DNA of 64,000 nucleotides from Lingula anatina (lineage: Eukaryota; Animalia; Brachiopoda), in assembly GCA_051362555.1 (NCBI GenBank), contig CM120645.1, forward strand, positions 23,712,934-23,776,933, written 5' to 3'. How positions within the stretch are numbered: the first letter of the stretch is position 1; every line of letters starts with the position of its first letter. The notes beneath the pieces were generated by a model that saw only the letters and a list, made by a program, of their open reading frames with translations, made no database searches and was not told the origin of the DNA. A program made the position numbers and the translations under genes. Shown one piece after another: positions 1-12,132 of this stretch.

Positions 1-47
1 AATTTTTTTTAATATTTATTTATTTATTTATTTATTTATTGTTCTAG

Positions 48-2047
48 GAACACGACTGTAAGCTCACCCAGGAGATCATAGAGCTCATAGACAGAGAGGC
101 AGATCTTTTGATGAGAGGAGTGAAGGAAAACAACCTGGAGGGACTTAGGAAAAGAATCTCTACGTTATTCCTACAGTACATCAAGACACCGACATTTAAC
201 CCAGAGGCCGCCAGGTTACTCAAGGTACGGGGTCTTTAGATTATTTTGTTAACTTTGTGAAAATGTACAACATCACATCCAGACTCCTGTATACCTTATC
301 TACCGTCAGTTAATCATGATTTGAATGCTTGCATTTTTTTGCATTTGATTTGGTCGTGTCTGTGTCTTTAGTCTGTTTGGAGACAAAAGGTTTACTGTAA
401 ATGCAGATATATTTTCAATTTTTAAACTTATTAAAGGCTTACTTTTGTGTAAGAAAAAGGTGTTTATTTCACCTTCAAATTGGTTGAAAAAAATAGGAAG
501 TCTGGGTGAGGGAGATTTAGCTAATATATACAACAATTAAAATATTTTTATTTCATTGAAAATTTCCTAATTTCTTTATTTGCTGATAAGATTTTTGAAA
601 ATTATTATTTTATCTATCCTTTAAAATCTTCATTTTATATATATTTATCTACAGGTCCCACAGGATCCGTCCACACTGCGCAAGAACATCTACTACTGCC
701 GCAGCTGCAACAGCTATCTTCCGTCCACAGAATTCCAGTTGTCGTCCAACTCTCGGACCGTTGGCAAGTGTCGCAACTGCATGAAGATCGACAACGACGC
801 CCGCGTCCGACAAGATCTCAGCCATTACCGCTTCATGCTCAAGACGCTGCGTCGCTCGGAAGAACAGTTCCAAGATGGCGCCAAGATTGCGTTCTTGTTA
901 CAGGTAAGCTTTGGTCGCAGTGCTAACGTTACAGCTAAAAGAGTATCCAGGGACTTCTACTCTTTACATTTTGTATACACTTTACATTTCATTGGCACTT
1001 CTTTTGGTATTTTAATAATAAAGTGTATTGCTAGCAGCTTTGTTATGCTGTACCTTGCACAAAATCTGAATTCTTTCTTAAAGCGAAAAGTTAAGATGTG
1101 TAAGTGTTCTAGTAGCACTTTATTTTATATAGCTTAGTCATACTTTGATTTAAAACTGGGGTTCATAATAATATTACTGAGTATTCATGCTTGTTTATGT
1201 AGGAATCTTGAACGCAAAAAAAACCCCGACTACGTTCGTACTTAGAAGACCATTGCTCGAGCGAAGTTGGTTGTTGAGTACATCGTTAATCATTTTAAGC
1301 TCCATATTCCCGTGTTATCTTTCTAGGAGAGTGACTTGCGTTACTTGATCGAGAACGTCTGGAACAGCCAGAGCGTCCTCAGTGCCTGGGAGGACCTCTA
1401 CGACCTGGTGCTGTGCCGCTGGGACAAGTTTGAAGAGTGGGCCCCCTGGAACTGCGTCCTCCTGACCAAGGACGAGGCGTCCGCTCATATGAAGCTGGAG
1501 AACCTGGAGGAGGTGGGTGGTTAGAACTTTGACTTCAGATTTTTTTAAAGACGAAGAATTATTTCTGTGGCCAGTACATTGAAATACACGATGTCTGAGG
1601 ATAATATTGTGTATTTTGTTTGAGTTAAGGCAGAAATTAGAGATGGTTTACAATTAAGTGTTACATGAAAAAACTAAATACTGTGATTCTGTAAGTGACT
1701 GATTGTATTTACGATTTTTAAGTGGAGTTACAAGATCTGGAATGTGCTTCATGATAAATTTATTTGCGTTTTTTTTTTATAGAATAAGTCGATCGGTTCT
1801 AATATTTATTATTCTATGACGAAAATATAAATAATAACACATAACATTCTACTTTCATCAGGGTTACGGCCAAGTCTTAATCCACAAGGTTAAGCACAAG
1901 CACACCTTGGCTCGGAACTATTTCTCTCGTCTGCCAGGAATGGCGGAGTACATGCACCAGAAGTCTAAAACAACTCTAACCAACCAAGACCAGTCTTCTC
2001 CGTCCATAGCGGGAAAAGCAGTGCCAAAACAGATGATAAAAGCTTGA
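48..2047 (+). CDS. IQUB: IQ and ubiquitin-like domain-containing protein, last four coding exons (48-224, 655-903, 1327-1512, 1862-2047); 5' part lies outside the window
   Basis: Four phase-0 exons with AG/GT borders join into [64 protein letters not shown]...[13 protein letters not shown]...[29 protein letters not shown]...[20 protein letters not shown]...KA*, recognisable as the IQUB C-terminus; TGA at 2045-2047. Confidence 0.95.
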
Positions 2048-3468
2048 ACTACCAGTCATTTATAATTTTAGAAAGGGACAGTGATGGTGATTTGGGCTTG
2101 TGGATAAAGAATGTTTTCATGGAATTTATTGCCGCAATGTCATGATAAATTATTCCGCACCAATCGGACAAATTATACTACGTCAGAGCCGAAGGAATTT
2201 TTTTAAATCAGAACATGTGCTTAGGCCATTAAAAAACATTACCGGCATATTTTTATAAAACAAGCAAAAACACGTGGATTGATATGGCAAGTTCAACGAT
2301 GCCGATGTGATATTGTCTAGTTCCGTTGGGATCGGGTGTATAATTATATATTTGTGAGAATATTTTGAATACGGTTATTCCAAACTATTTTAAAAATAAG
2401 TTGTGCGATTTGTATATAAATGCTTGTATATAAATTATATTGTATCTGATCTTTGAGTGTTGGTTTTATATATTTTATCGATTTGATACGCGAATAACAG
2501 AAACCGCGACGCCAAAAAAAGGTTTGGACAATTGCAATACTTAGTATTAAAACTCGACTCAATTATGAAAAGAGCATGCCACGCATACCATATAATAAAT
2601 AAATAAATAAAATAAATAAATAAATGAATGAATAAATAAGAGATCCGAGCTTACGTGACAGTTCCTTACCCGCACGTGTCTACTGGGATGACGTTACCAG
2701 CTCATTAACAATCTACAGTGAATTTTGGCAGATGTCATTTTAATGTACCCTGAGTGTCAGAGCAACGTAAAAGCTAACTAGCTTAAATTTACCTTGTGAT
2801 GGAGTCGCTTTTTGCGACATGGGTTATATATGAAATCAAGATCGAGCTGGCAATACCGGAATCTAGAACCTCGGGTATTTTAATGGGGCATACAATAACT
2901 ATCATTGCAATACGTGTTGCCAGGCTTAAATAAAAAGGCAATATTGATATACTAAAAAAAATATTTGGAAGTAGTGTGACATTCTGTTTTTACTATGGAA
3001 TTGTTTGAAGTGAAAATACCACAGAAGTATCACAAAATTTGAAAATCACCAAAATGAAATGTACGTCTCACGTTTCATCCTTTTATCAACCGCAACTGAA
3101 ATGAAAAAAAAAGTAAAATGAAATCAGACATGTCTATAGTTTACATTTCCTGACCGACGATCCCGATATTACATGTAAGGTTCGTGACCAGATAAATCGA
3201 CTTGTAGAACTGCAATTGTTTGTTCGTTTAAAAGGGTAACATTCAATAATCTGACACATTGCTGAGTGTAACTTTAATATAGGTAGCTTGCGCTATTTGT
3301 CTTATTTGATATTTAACAGGGGGTCACCTTGCTGAAACACGATTTTACCTGACATACTGCATGAGTAATTATTCTAATACATATGTAATCATATACTGCA
3401 GGCCTGCCTATATCCCATTTAATGTATGGTAAAACTTACCATTCATGATAAAGATTGGGGGTAGCTAT

Positions 3469-4888
3469 TTACTCCAGCTGAGGGTCAGCCTTTTTCAGTA
3501 TCTGCAATTGATTGCATATTGAACGAATATGAATAGAATTGCCTGGAATACCCTTCACTACAAATGATTATACCCATTTAATTTCGAGTTATTAAACATC
3601 GAAGGCTTTCGGTTTCCTAGTATTCAGATGACAATTCAGCTGGCAAGAAATGACTGATGATTATGAAGAGAAAAAATTATCTGAAACGTCTTTGCATTGA
3701 GATTATTTCTCTAAGTGAGGTACCTTATATCTTAATTCTACTGCAGATGCTTTAAAGAACTGATAAACCTAAACACGTTTTACTAGTCACAATATAATTT
3801 AACTCAAACAAAATTGTTAAAGTATGCATTAAAATAATAATAATAATAATAATAATAATAATTATGATAATGAAAGCATCGTTGTAATCAAACACTACCT
3901 TAACACATTCCTCGAAGCTTAGGAATCCATCATCTGGATAAGAAAACAACCACGTGCACCACTTTGAAAAGTTACCTTAATCAACACAGAACGTAACTGG
4001 CTCCGTTTATGTTAATTTTTGAAATTTAGTCTTAACCCGAAGGAATCAAACACGCTTACCATCGAGATCTAGTGAGAGCATCCTGTTTACATCGGCCGCG
4101 GTCAAAACACCATCGTTATTGAAATCAATTAGTTCCAAGATTGCATAGATCCACTTTGGTTTTAGCACAGAACTGGTCTTCATGTAATGTCTCACAGACT
4201 CCTTTGGCGTGACTTCATCATTATCTGAAAACACCGCAAAAGCGACAGGCATTGTCAATTATATGTTTCTGTCTCGCGTCATTTTATGATATCTATGTTC
4301 GGTTTAGACACTTTTGTATAAAACGATTACATATCATGTTAAGACAACCATATACTACTTTTATGAAATATTTAGCATATTTTATATTGCTTGTAACCGT
4401 CATCAATATTAAATAACCGTATTAAACCTACGATCAGTGTCAGCGGCATTTAAAAGTGCGGCCCATTCCAGTTTGCTGATCATTCCGTCGTTGTCGGAGT
4501 CAACGATATCGCAAAGCAACACCCCTATTTCCTTTGCTGTGAGAGGGGGCTTTTTGGCATCCGTACGACCACAATAACTACAAAAATGTGAAACAGCTCT
4601 GTTGAAAAGTATCTCCGACTACATAATGTGTTATTCATAAAGCATGGAAAGTCAAACGAAAAAAATATGAAACTGACAAAAAACCAATGCAACACGACAA
4701 TTTTGGTGTATGACTGTAGATTGTTGTTTTAAATCACCGACCAAATGTCACAGAGTGTTGGAAACAATTAATTGCAATTGCTGTCACAAGAGTGCTGAAC
4801 GGTGATTAACAATATATACATTATATGCTCACGTGTTTGTTGCCATGGAGGTAAGACACAGGCCCACGATCATCAAGTGGAACATCAT
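3469..4888 (-). CDS. Secreted four-EF-hand protein, copy 1 (144 aa); exons 4833-4888, 4432-4577, 4060-4224, 3899-3933, 3469-3501
   Basis: GT-AG spliced ORF: signal peptide MMFHLMIVGLCLTSMATNT, loops DSDNDGMISKLE, DTDHNDEVTPKE, DFNNDGVLTAAD, DLDDDGFLSFEE, end ILKKADPQLE*. Has a 12-nt in-frame deletion (EECVK vs EECIEECVK in copy 8). Architecture resembles insoluble-matrix-shell-protein-5-like proteins. Confidence 0.9.
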
Positions 4889-5188
4889 ATTGTATTTGCG
4901 GAACTTTTATAGAAATTAGAAATCAGTTCAACACAATAAGGCAAACTAATTATTGCTAAGGATAATAAAAATTGAATGATTTACACATAAATACCAGATT
5001 TATGACTTTTGACAGCATACTTTTAGGAAAAGTAGAACTGGCAAATGTATCATGAACTTCATTTTTCACCTGTTCCTTTTCTTCAAATGGACCTACATTT
5101 TGAGTATCAGTGTAAACAAATGTAAATAACCAAAAAGTAATTGAGCAACTGATATATCATATTGAAATAATTTCATTCCAAAACTTAC

Positions 5189-5328
5189 TTGATATGAATG
5201 TTTACACCAGCGATGTCTATCAGTAGAGATCTCCGACTTAGATGACAAACAGAAGCGCTTCAGGTAGGTTAATTGCGACAGTCACGTCATCAGCAGACAT
5301 ACGGGTACTTCCGAAGTATTCAGTGACG
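5189..5328 (-). promoter_or_regulatory. Putative non-coding exon 1 and core promoter of EF-hand copy 1 (homologous blocks precede the other copies)
   Basis: Conserved GTAAGT donor (acttac 5183-5188 on +); exon-end positions in other copies are 15346, 22446, 27460, 32949/33452, 43640, 49882, 55370. TCAT Inr-like site near 5243, A/T-rich box about 30 nt upstream (TATAAA in copy 3 at 22536-22541), TGACGTGAC at 5281-5289. Confidence 0.6.
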
Positions 5329-8300
5329 TAGTCTATGGGCCAATGTAGACCCCCCTCCCCCCCCTTAGTGATTTTCGTTCACTATGTTTTTCTGATAGCT
5401 TAGGTCCTAAGCTTTGATTTTCCGCTTGTTTGCCATTAAACTGGTGGTGGGTGTGTGTGCTACAGCCGTTGCCATGGTAACATCTGAGATAAAAAATTGA
5501 AATTTCTGAGACCAAAAAAATATTAAATTATTCAAATGTGTTAAGTGAATGGAATTCAAAATCCTTTCAGATGTATAGTTTAAGAGCTGCACTATACTTT
5601 ATGATCCTCAAAATATTCCAAGATGGCTGTAAATTCAAGATGGCGGCCAATTTTTGCTAATTTTTGAGTAATTTCAATTATTTTTCATATTTGAGTTTTT
5701 ATTCAATAATAAAGGAATAAGAATGTGGGATATGTTTTGATGCGCCGGAATAGCATACAACCTCTTCTTGCTACCTACAGTATTTATTTTAGATGAAACC
5801 TTTTGATTTTGTTGTAAAATCCTGAAATCCAAAATGGTGGCCAAAATATAAGTCTGCTGTTCCAACTGGAAAGATGCCAGATTTATCATCAAAGTGTCAT
5901 TCTTTATTACTTTTAATAAACTGAATTCGAGCTTAGAACTTTTTAAAACAATTTGCATTAATTCTGATCACTTTAAGACTTTCAAAATTCAAAATGGCCG
6001 CCAATATGCTTATACACACTGGCTTAAATTGATATAATATATTCTTCCAACAGAATATTAATTTAAATTATCTCCCACCAACTTAGTCCCATTAGTGATT
6101 TTTGTTTACTATTATTTTCTGGTAGGTTAGGCCCTTAGCTTTTATTTTTTGCTTGTTTGCCATTAACCTGGTGGTGGATATGAGTAACAGAGCTGTTGCC
6201 ATGGTAATGTCTGGGGTTGAAAATTGATATTTTTGAGACCAAAAATAAAAATTAAATATTCCAAATGCATTTAAAATCATGGAATTCACAATTATACCAG
6301 ATGTGTAAATTAAGAAGTGTGCTATACTTCACAATTATCAAAATGTCCCAAGATGGCAGCGAATTCAAGATGGCTGCCAATTATTGCTCATTTTTTAATA
6401 ATTTTGGGAATTTTTTTATATTTGAGTTTTTATTTAATTATTAAGAAATTGCAATGTGGCATGTGTTTTGATGTTCCATAATGGTAAAAAGCCTCTGCTG
6501 TCTGCCTAAAGTGCTTGTTGAAGATGTAACCTTTTAATTTTGACGTAAAATCCTGAAATCCAAGGTGGCTGCCACAAAACATGTCTTTTACATACGGCTG
6601 TCCTAACTGGAAAGATGCCACATTAATCATCCCAAATTACATTCTTTATTACTTTTAGGTGTACTGAATATGGACCTAGGACCCTTTTCTATAAATTGTG
6701 TGAATTCAGATTGCATTATGACATTCGAAATTCAAAATGGTCGCCAATTTGCTTACACATGAAATGATATAATACATTATTCCAATACAAAATAAAATTT
6801 AATAAACTCAAGCTAGCTCAGCCCTATTAGCAATTTTTTTTTACTATGATTTTCTGATAGCTTGGGCCTTAAGTTCAAATATTCTGCTTGTTTGCCATGT
6901 AATAGGTGAAAGGTGTGACAGATTCAGCTGTTGCCATAGTAACACAGGGGTTTTAAAATTATAATTTCTGAGACCTTTAAATTGCCATGTATTTCAAATA
7001 TATGATCTCACTGTATTGTAAACTTTTTAAAAAAATTAGACTTGGACCTCAGTTATCAACAAAATTATTTGAAAAAATTATCGTAGTTAAATTGCCAAAA
7101 TGGCAGCCAATCCAAGATGACGATAGATTTATGTTAATTTTCTTCTTATTACTGAAAGTAGCTTTTTGTGAACTTTGAAAGCAGCATTGGAATTGAAATA
7201 ATGTTAGGTTTTTGGATATGCTGATATGAACAGAATTGCATAATTACTGTTTACTGTGTTTGTTACTCCTATATCCTCTTTTTTAAGTGTAATAAAACCT
7301 AAAACCCATGGTGGCCATTACAAAACAGGGTTCATACATATTGCTGTGCTGACCGAATATATATTACATTTTCGTTTCAAAATGCCTCTTGTGCTCTTTC
7401 TGATAAACTGAATTAACCTATTAGGATATTATCTAAATATAAATCATTTCTATTCATTTTCAGCCAAATTATATTTACTTGGCTATTCCAAAATTCACCA
7501 TGGCCACAAATGGCCATGACAGTGCAGGTATGAATTTTGCTGCAATAATTTTAAACAGTGCAACAAACAAATGATTCTAAAATTTGTGCAGTTAATTATA
7601 ATCAAATATGCCCTTTCTACACTGCTTTCACGGAAACGCTTGTCCATATTTAGTTAAATATTTAGGATTAAGGCTTTTTGGAAATGGATGAAATGTCTTG
7701 GCTGTAGTCTTTTTTCATGAAGAATGTTCACTGGAAAGCCAATTAAAATTTGCTTTTACCTCTGAAACTGAGGTTTTGTTACAATCTAAGATGGTGTTCA
7801 TCTATATGAATAAATGGAATAAAACATTTACATGTATATGCCATAACTCAGCTTCAAACTGCTAGAGAGGTAAAATTATATCCACGTTGTGATCCACTAA
7901 CTTCAACTGAATATATAATTTAATTTTTTATAACATTTTACTTAAAATATAATTTATAGAAATGCAAAATCGCCATCTATATTTGCAAACTAGTTGCCTT
8001 TCACTCAAAATCAGACTATTTTGTGTCATTCAACTTGCCCAATAGATGGTAAGAGATGATCAAATAATTTCAGCCATCTACCGCACGATAATTTAAATAC
8101 TTGTAGACCATATTGAGTTATTACAAATGTTCACGATCTTGGCTTCATATTATTCAAATTCAATATATCAAAAGGTAGCAACAAATACAAAAGAATAAAA
8201 GAAGGCAATTTCGGAGAACAATATACAATATTAGAAGTTTAATAGGACAGTAATATATACCAAGGTAAATCACCCAGGATTTGTTGGGGTCATTTTGGAT

Positions 8301-9915
8301 TTCAAGTTTTTTTTTGTTCTTAAAATGATAATTATAGGAATAACAAACACTATAAGCCGTAAGTAAAGACTAAATACCATATGGATATCAAAATACTTAA
8401 CATTTCTCGATCCCATTAAATTTATTAAATTTTCAACGTTAGTTACTTACAGTAGAAACAGGTTTAGAAATCAGCTTAAACCGGCCGCAATTTTGATATT
8501 GCTGCCATCTTGAAAAAAATCACATCATCTTGGATGTTCAAAGAATGTTTTGCCATCATACCACGAATACAGCTGTCTTCTTAAGTTTACATTATTGTTG
8601 AAGTTAATATATTTGAAATGTATGAAATTTTCTTAGTCTCAGAAATGTCAATTTCGAACCCCTGTGTTAGTATGGCAATGGCTGGGTTAATTGAATAGAA
8701 AACAAGCAGAAAATGGGATCTTAGGATGTAAGCGATATATAATAGTAAATAAAAGTCGCTAAAGGGGGATTCAGGTTAATAAAATCAATCTAAGTAACAT
8801 TCTTTTGGAATATAATTTTCAATCAATTTTTTAGCAAGAGTGTATCATATTGACCATAAATATATAGTCCCCTATACTCATTGACAGCCATTTCTTTCAA
8901 ATGCGACAGAATACATTAGTATTTCAACTCAAAAGTATTCTTTCCCATGTCAAATGTGAGTGATTAGCATGTACATGAAACTTTGTGTGATTTCTTAGGT
9001 CAAATGTGAGTGACTTGCATTTATTGAGGGGGTATTATAGGTCTTTTATCTAGTCTAGGTTATTGTTGACCATTTGATCTTTCTTTTTTTAATCATTTTG
9101 CATGACCACACATCTAGTAGTGATCAGCACTATTAAAACATAAGTATTCATCCAAACTTAAGATAAAATTAGGAATATTGCTGTCATATTTTAGTCTACT
9201 GGTTACAAAGATGTAAATTCACGGTCATTGGCGGCCATTTTGAATTTTGAAAGCCATACTGTAATCCAAATTAAGTCAAGTAATTGAAAAGGGTTCTGTT
9301 TTTATATTCAGTGCACCAAAAGTAATGAAGAACTTAATTTGGGATGATAAATCTGTCATATTTCCAGACAGGACAGCTACATGTAAAAGACTTGTTTTGT
9401 GGCAGCCATGTTGGATTTCAGGATTTTTCATCTCAATAAAAAGATTGCACCTTAAACAAACACTACAGGCAGAAAGTAGAGATTCCATGCTACACTGGTG
9501 CATCAAAATATCCCAGATATTGCAATTATTTAATAATTAAATAAGAATTAAAAAATTAAAAATTATCCAAATTTCTGAAAAAACAGCAAAAATTGGCCGC
9601 CATCTTGAATTTGCCGCCATCTTGGAAAATTTTGTTCATCGTTAGGTATAGTGCACATCTTAGACTACATGTCTAGAACGATTTTGAATTCTATTTAGTT
9701 TATGTATTTGAAATATTTTAGATTTTGTTGGGCTCAGAAATGTCAATTTTTAACCCGTGTGTTACCATGGCAACGGCTGTAGCACCCACACCCACCACCA
9801 GTTTTATGGCAAACAAGCAGAAAATAAAAGCTAAGGACCTAAGCTATCAGAAAAACATAGTGAACAAAAATCACTAAGGGGGGGGGGAGGGTTTCGGTAT
9901 TTGGCCCACGGACTA
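5329..9915. mobile_element. Non-autonomous Academ-like DNA transposon (4587 bp) with about 680-bp TIRs and internal ~730-bp repeats
   Basis: Termini TAGTCTATGGGCCAA...TTGGCCCACGGACTA; 3-bp TSD ACG (5326-5328, 9916-9918); empty site tcagtgacgggt near 15480 and 55501. TAG..CTA termini with a 3-4 bp TSD are characteristic of Academ. No transposase ORF. Confidence 0.8.
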
Positions 9916-10644
9916 ACGGTTATATTAAATCAGAACCCCTTCAACAGCTCTCCTTTGCAAAATATGTCAGGCGGACAAGAGTGTCCGATTTGACAGAGGT
10001 AGGTTAGTTCAGCTTAAACGCGAATTTCTTATATCCATAGAAAACTGCCCTATTTTTAAATCATACAAAAACGGGATCAATATATTTGAGAAATTTTGAA
10101 AACCATCGGTAGAGTTTCGTCAGGAGATTATTAATGTCTGCCCCGACAGCAGCTGCCGGCATCACTTTTACATGCTAAGAAATACCATGAAGACAAAAGA
10201 ACGTAAAGAAAGGACAAATCAGAAACAATCAAAATGCAGTAGTTTCACATACCAGTATTATATGCTTTTCACAATAATCTTCTAAATGTTGCAGAAAACA
10301 GATAAAGGGTATACCTACCAACAATTCACGTTTTACCCTTATCATTTTGATACATTTTCAAGGATGAGAACTTCATATACTCATATTGTTAAATTAAATA
10401 TAAAAGCTAGTTTCAAAAGGCTGTAGCACAAAATGGTGTTTTTGTCACCCGTTCCAATCAACGAATATACATGTAATATTTTCGTTTTGTGTGAAATGAG
10501 CATGGTGTCCTGCTTGACACCTCGCGCGACTTCTTATTTCAAGAATGTGCTCAAGGTTAGGGTTCCAAAATTTCTGAATTGCTTTCTTCCAAGGTTTGAG
10601 CCGTCCCCTGTTTCAAATCTTAAGAAGTATAGGGGTTAAGGATG

Positions 10645-10886
10645 TGTCTCATTTAACGTTCACTTACGGTTCGCAATCTATTCTAACACATTTGTTTTAT
10701 TTATTTTTGTTACAGTTCTAATGTTGTTCTGTAATGAATGTAACAGTTCGAGTATTGTTTTGGAAAGTCCATCAAAATGTCCTAGAACAGATTAAGAACA
10801 TTTTTCATGAAAAGAGAAAAACAATATGTTCTAGGACAGATTAAGAACCGTAAGTGAGCGTTAAATGAGACAAATTTTTGCAGGGG
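10645..10886. mobile_element. MITE (CCCTG-type TIR), left-truncated copy of the 28549-28801 element
   Basis: Inverted arms tgtctcatttaacgttcacttacggttc / gaaccgtaagtgagcgttaaatgagaca, ending in gcagggg. Confidence 0.7.
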
Positions 10887-12132
10887 AGATACCTGAATTT
10901 AGTAAATTTAAGTTTAAAAAGTGTTACGTGACATAAAAATCGGTTAGAAATTAGAGATATTTTCGAATTAAGTGTTACATGGAAATATTTCTAATTTTGC
11001 GGTAGGGAATGTGATGTTGGTTTGGGCTTGTGGATAAAGAAAGTTTTCATTGAATATATTGTCGGGGTGTCATGATAAATTATTCCGCACCAATCGGACA
11101 AATTAACCTACGTTAGAGCCATCAAAATGTGTTACAAAAACATTACCGGCATATCTTAATAAAACAAAACAAAAACACGTGGATTGATATGGCAGAAACG
11201 ATGCCAATGTGATATTGCCTAAACGGTTATGCCAAACAAATTTAAAATAAGTTGTGCGATTTGTATATAAATGCTTGTAAATAATTTATTATTTTACCTT
11301 GTCTTTGATCGTGATTTTTATGTATTTTGATTTGACGCGAGAGTACTGGTATAATGGTAACAGATACCGCCACACCAAAGAAGGTTGGGTCAATTGTAAT
11401 ACTTAGTATTAACAATCGACACAAACATAAAAAGAGCATGCCACAAGTCCAAAAAATAAGAGAGACTCGAGCTTACGTGACAGATCCATATCCGCACGTC
11501 TCTACTGGGGCGACGTTACCAGCTCATTAACAATCTACAGTGAATTTTGGCAGATGTCATTTTAACGGGGCATATAATTGCTATCATTGCAATACATGTT
11601 GCCAGGTAATATAAAAAGGCAATATTGATATACTAAAAAAATCATTTGGAAGTAGTGTGATATTCAATTTTACTATGACATTCTTTAATGTCAAATTACC
11701 ACAGTAGTATCACACAAAATTTCAAAATCACCGAATAAAATATTTTCAAATTCTTCAACCTTGGAACAAGGCTTTTTACCCAATCGGAACTGAAATGGAA
11801 AAAATATACGAAATCAAACATGTCTATAGTTTATCCATTTCCGGACCATCCCGATATTATATGTAGAGTTCATGACCAGATAAATCGACTTGCAGAACTC
11901 CTTTTTTTCGTTTAAAAGGTTATTATGCAATAATCTTCTGATAAACTGCCAAGTGTAATAGGTATCTTTCACTATTTACCATACTGGATATTTAACTGAG
12001 AAACAATTTTACCTGACAAACCGCGTGAGTAATTATTCTAATACATATGTAAGCATATATTGCATGCCTGCCTATATTCCATGTATTGTATGGTAAAACT
12101 TACCATTTATGATAAATATTGTGGGTACCTTT

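Noticed and set aside
649-873. 74-aa minus-strand ORF
   Set aside because: Antisense shadow of an IQUB exon.
3752-3949. ORFs with poly-Ile or poly-Leu transmembrane-like tracts (also 53852-54082)
   Set aside because: Read-through from a short EF exon into intronic (AAT)n/(AAG)n microsatellites.
3469-4888. Identification as calmodulin, aequorin-type photoprotein or CREC-family protein
   Set aside because: A signal peptide and divergent helices exclude calmodulin and cytosolic photoproteins; only four EF-hands and no HDEL/KDEL-type end argue against CREC.
5674-9540. Short ORFs inside the Academ-like element as transposase fragments
   Set aside because: They derive from the repeated AT-rich arms and show no recognisable transposase motifs.
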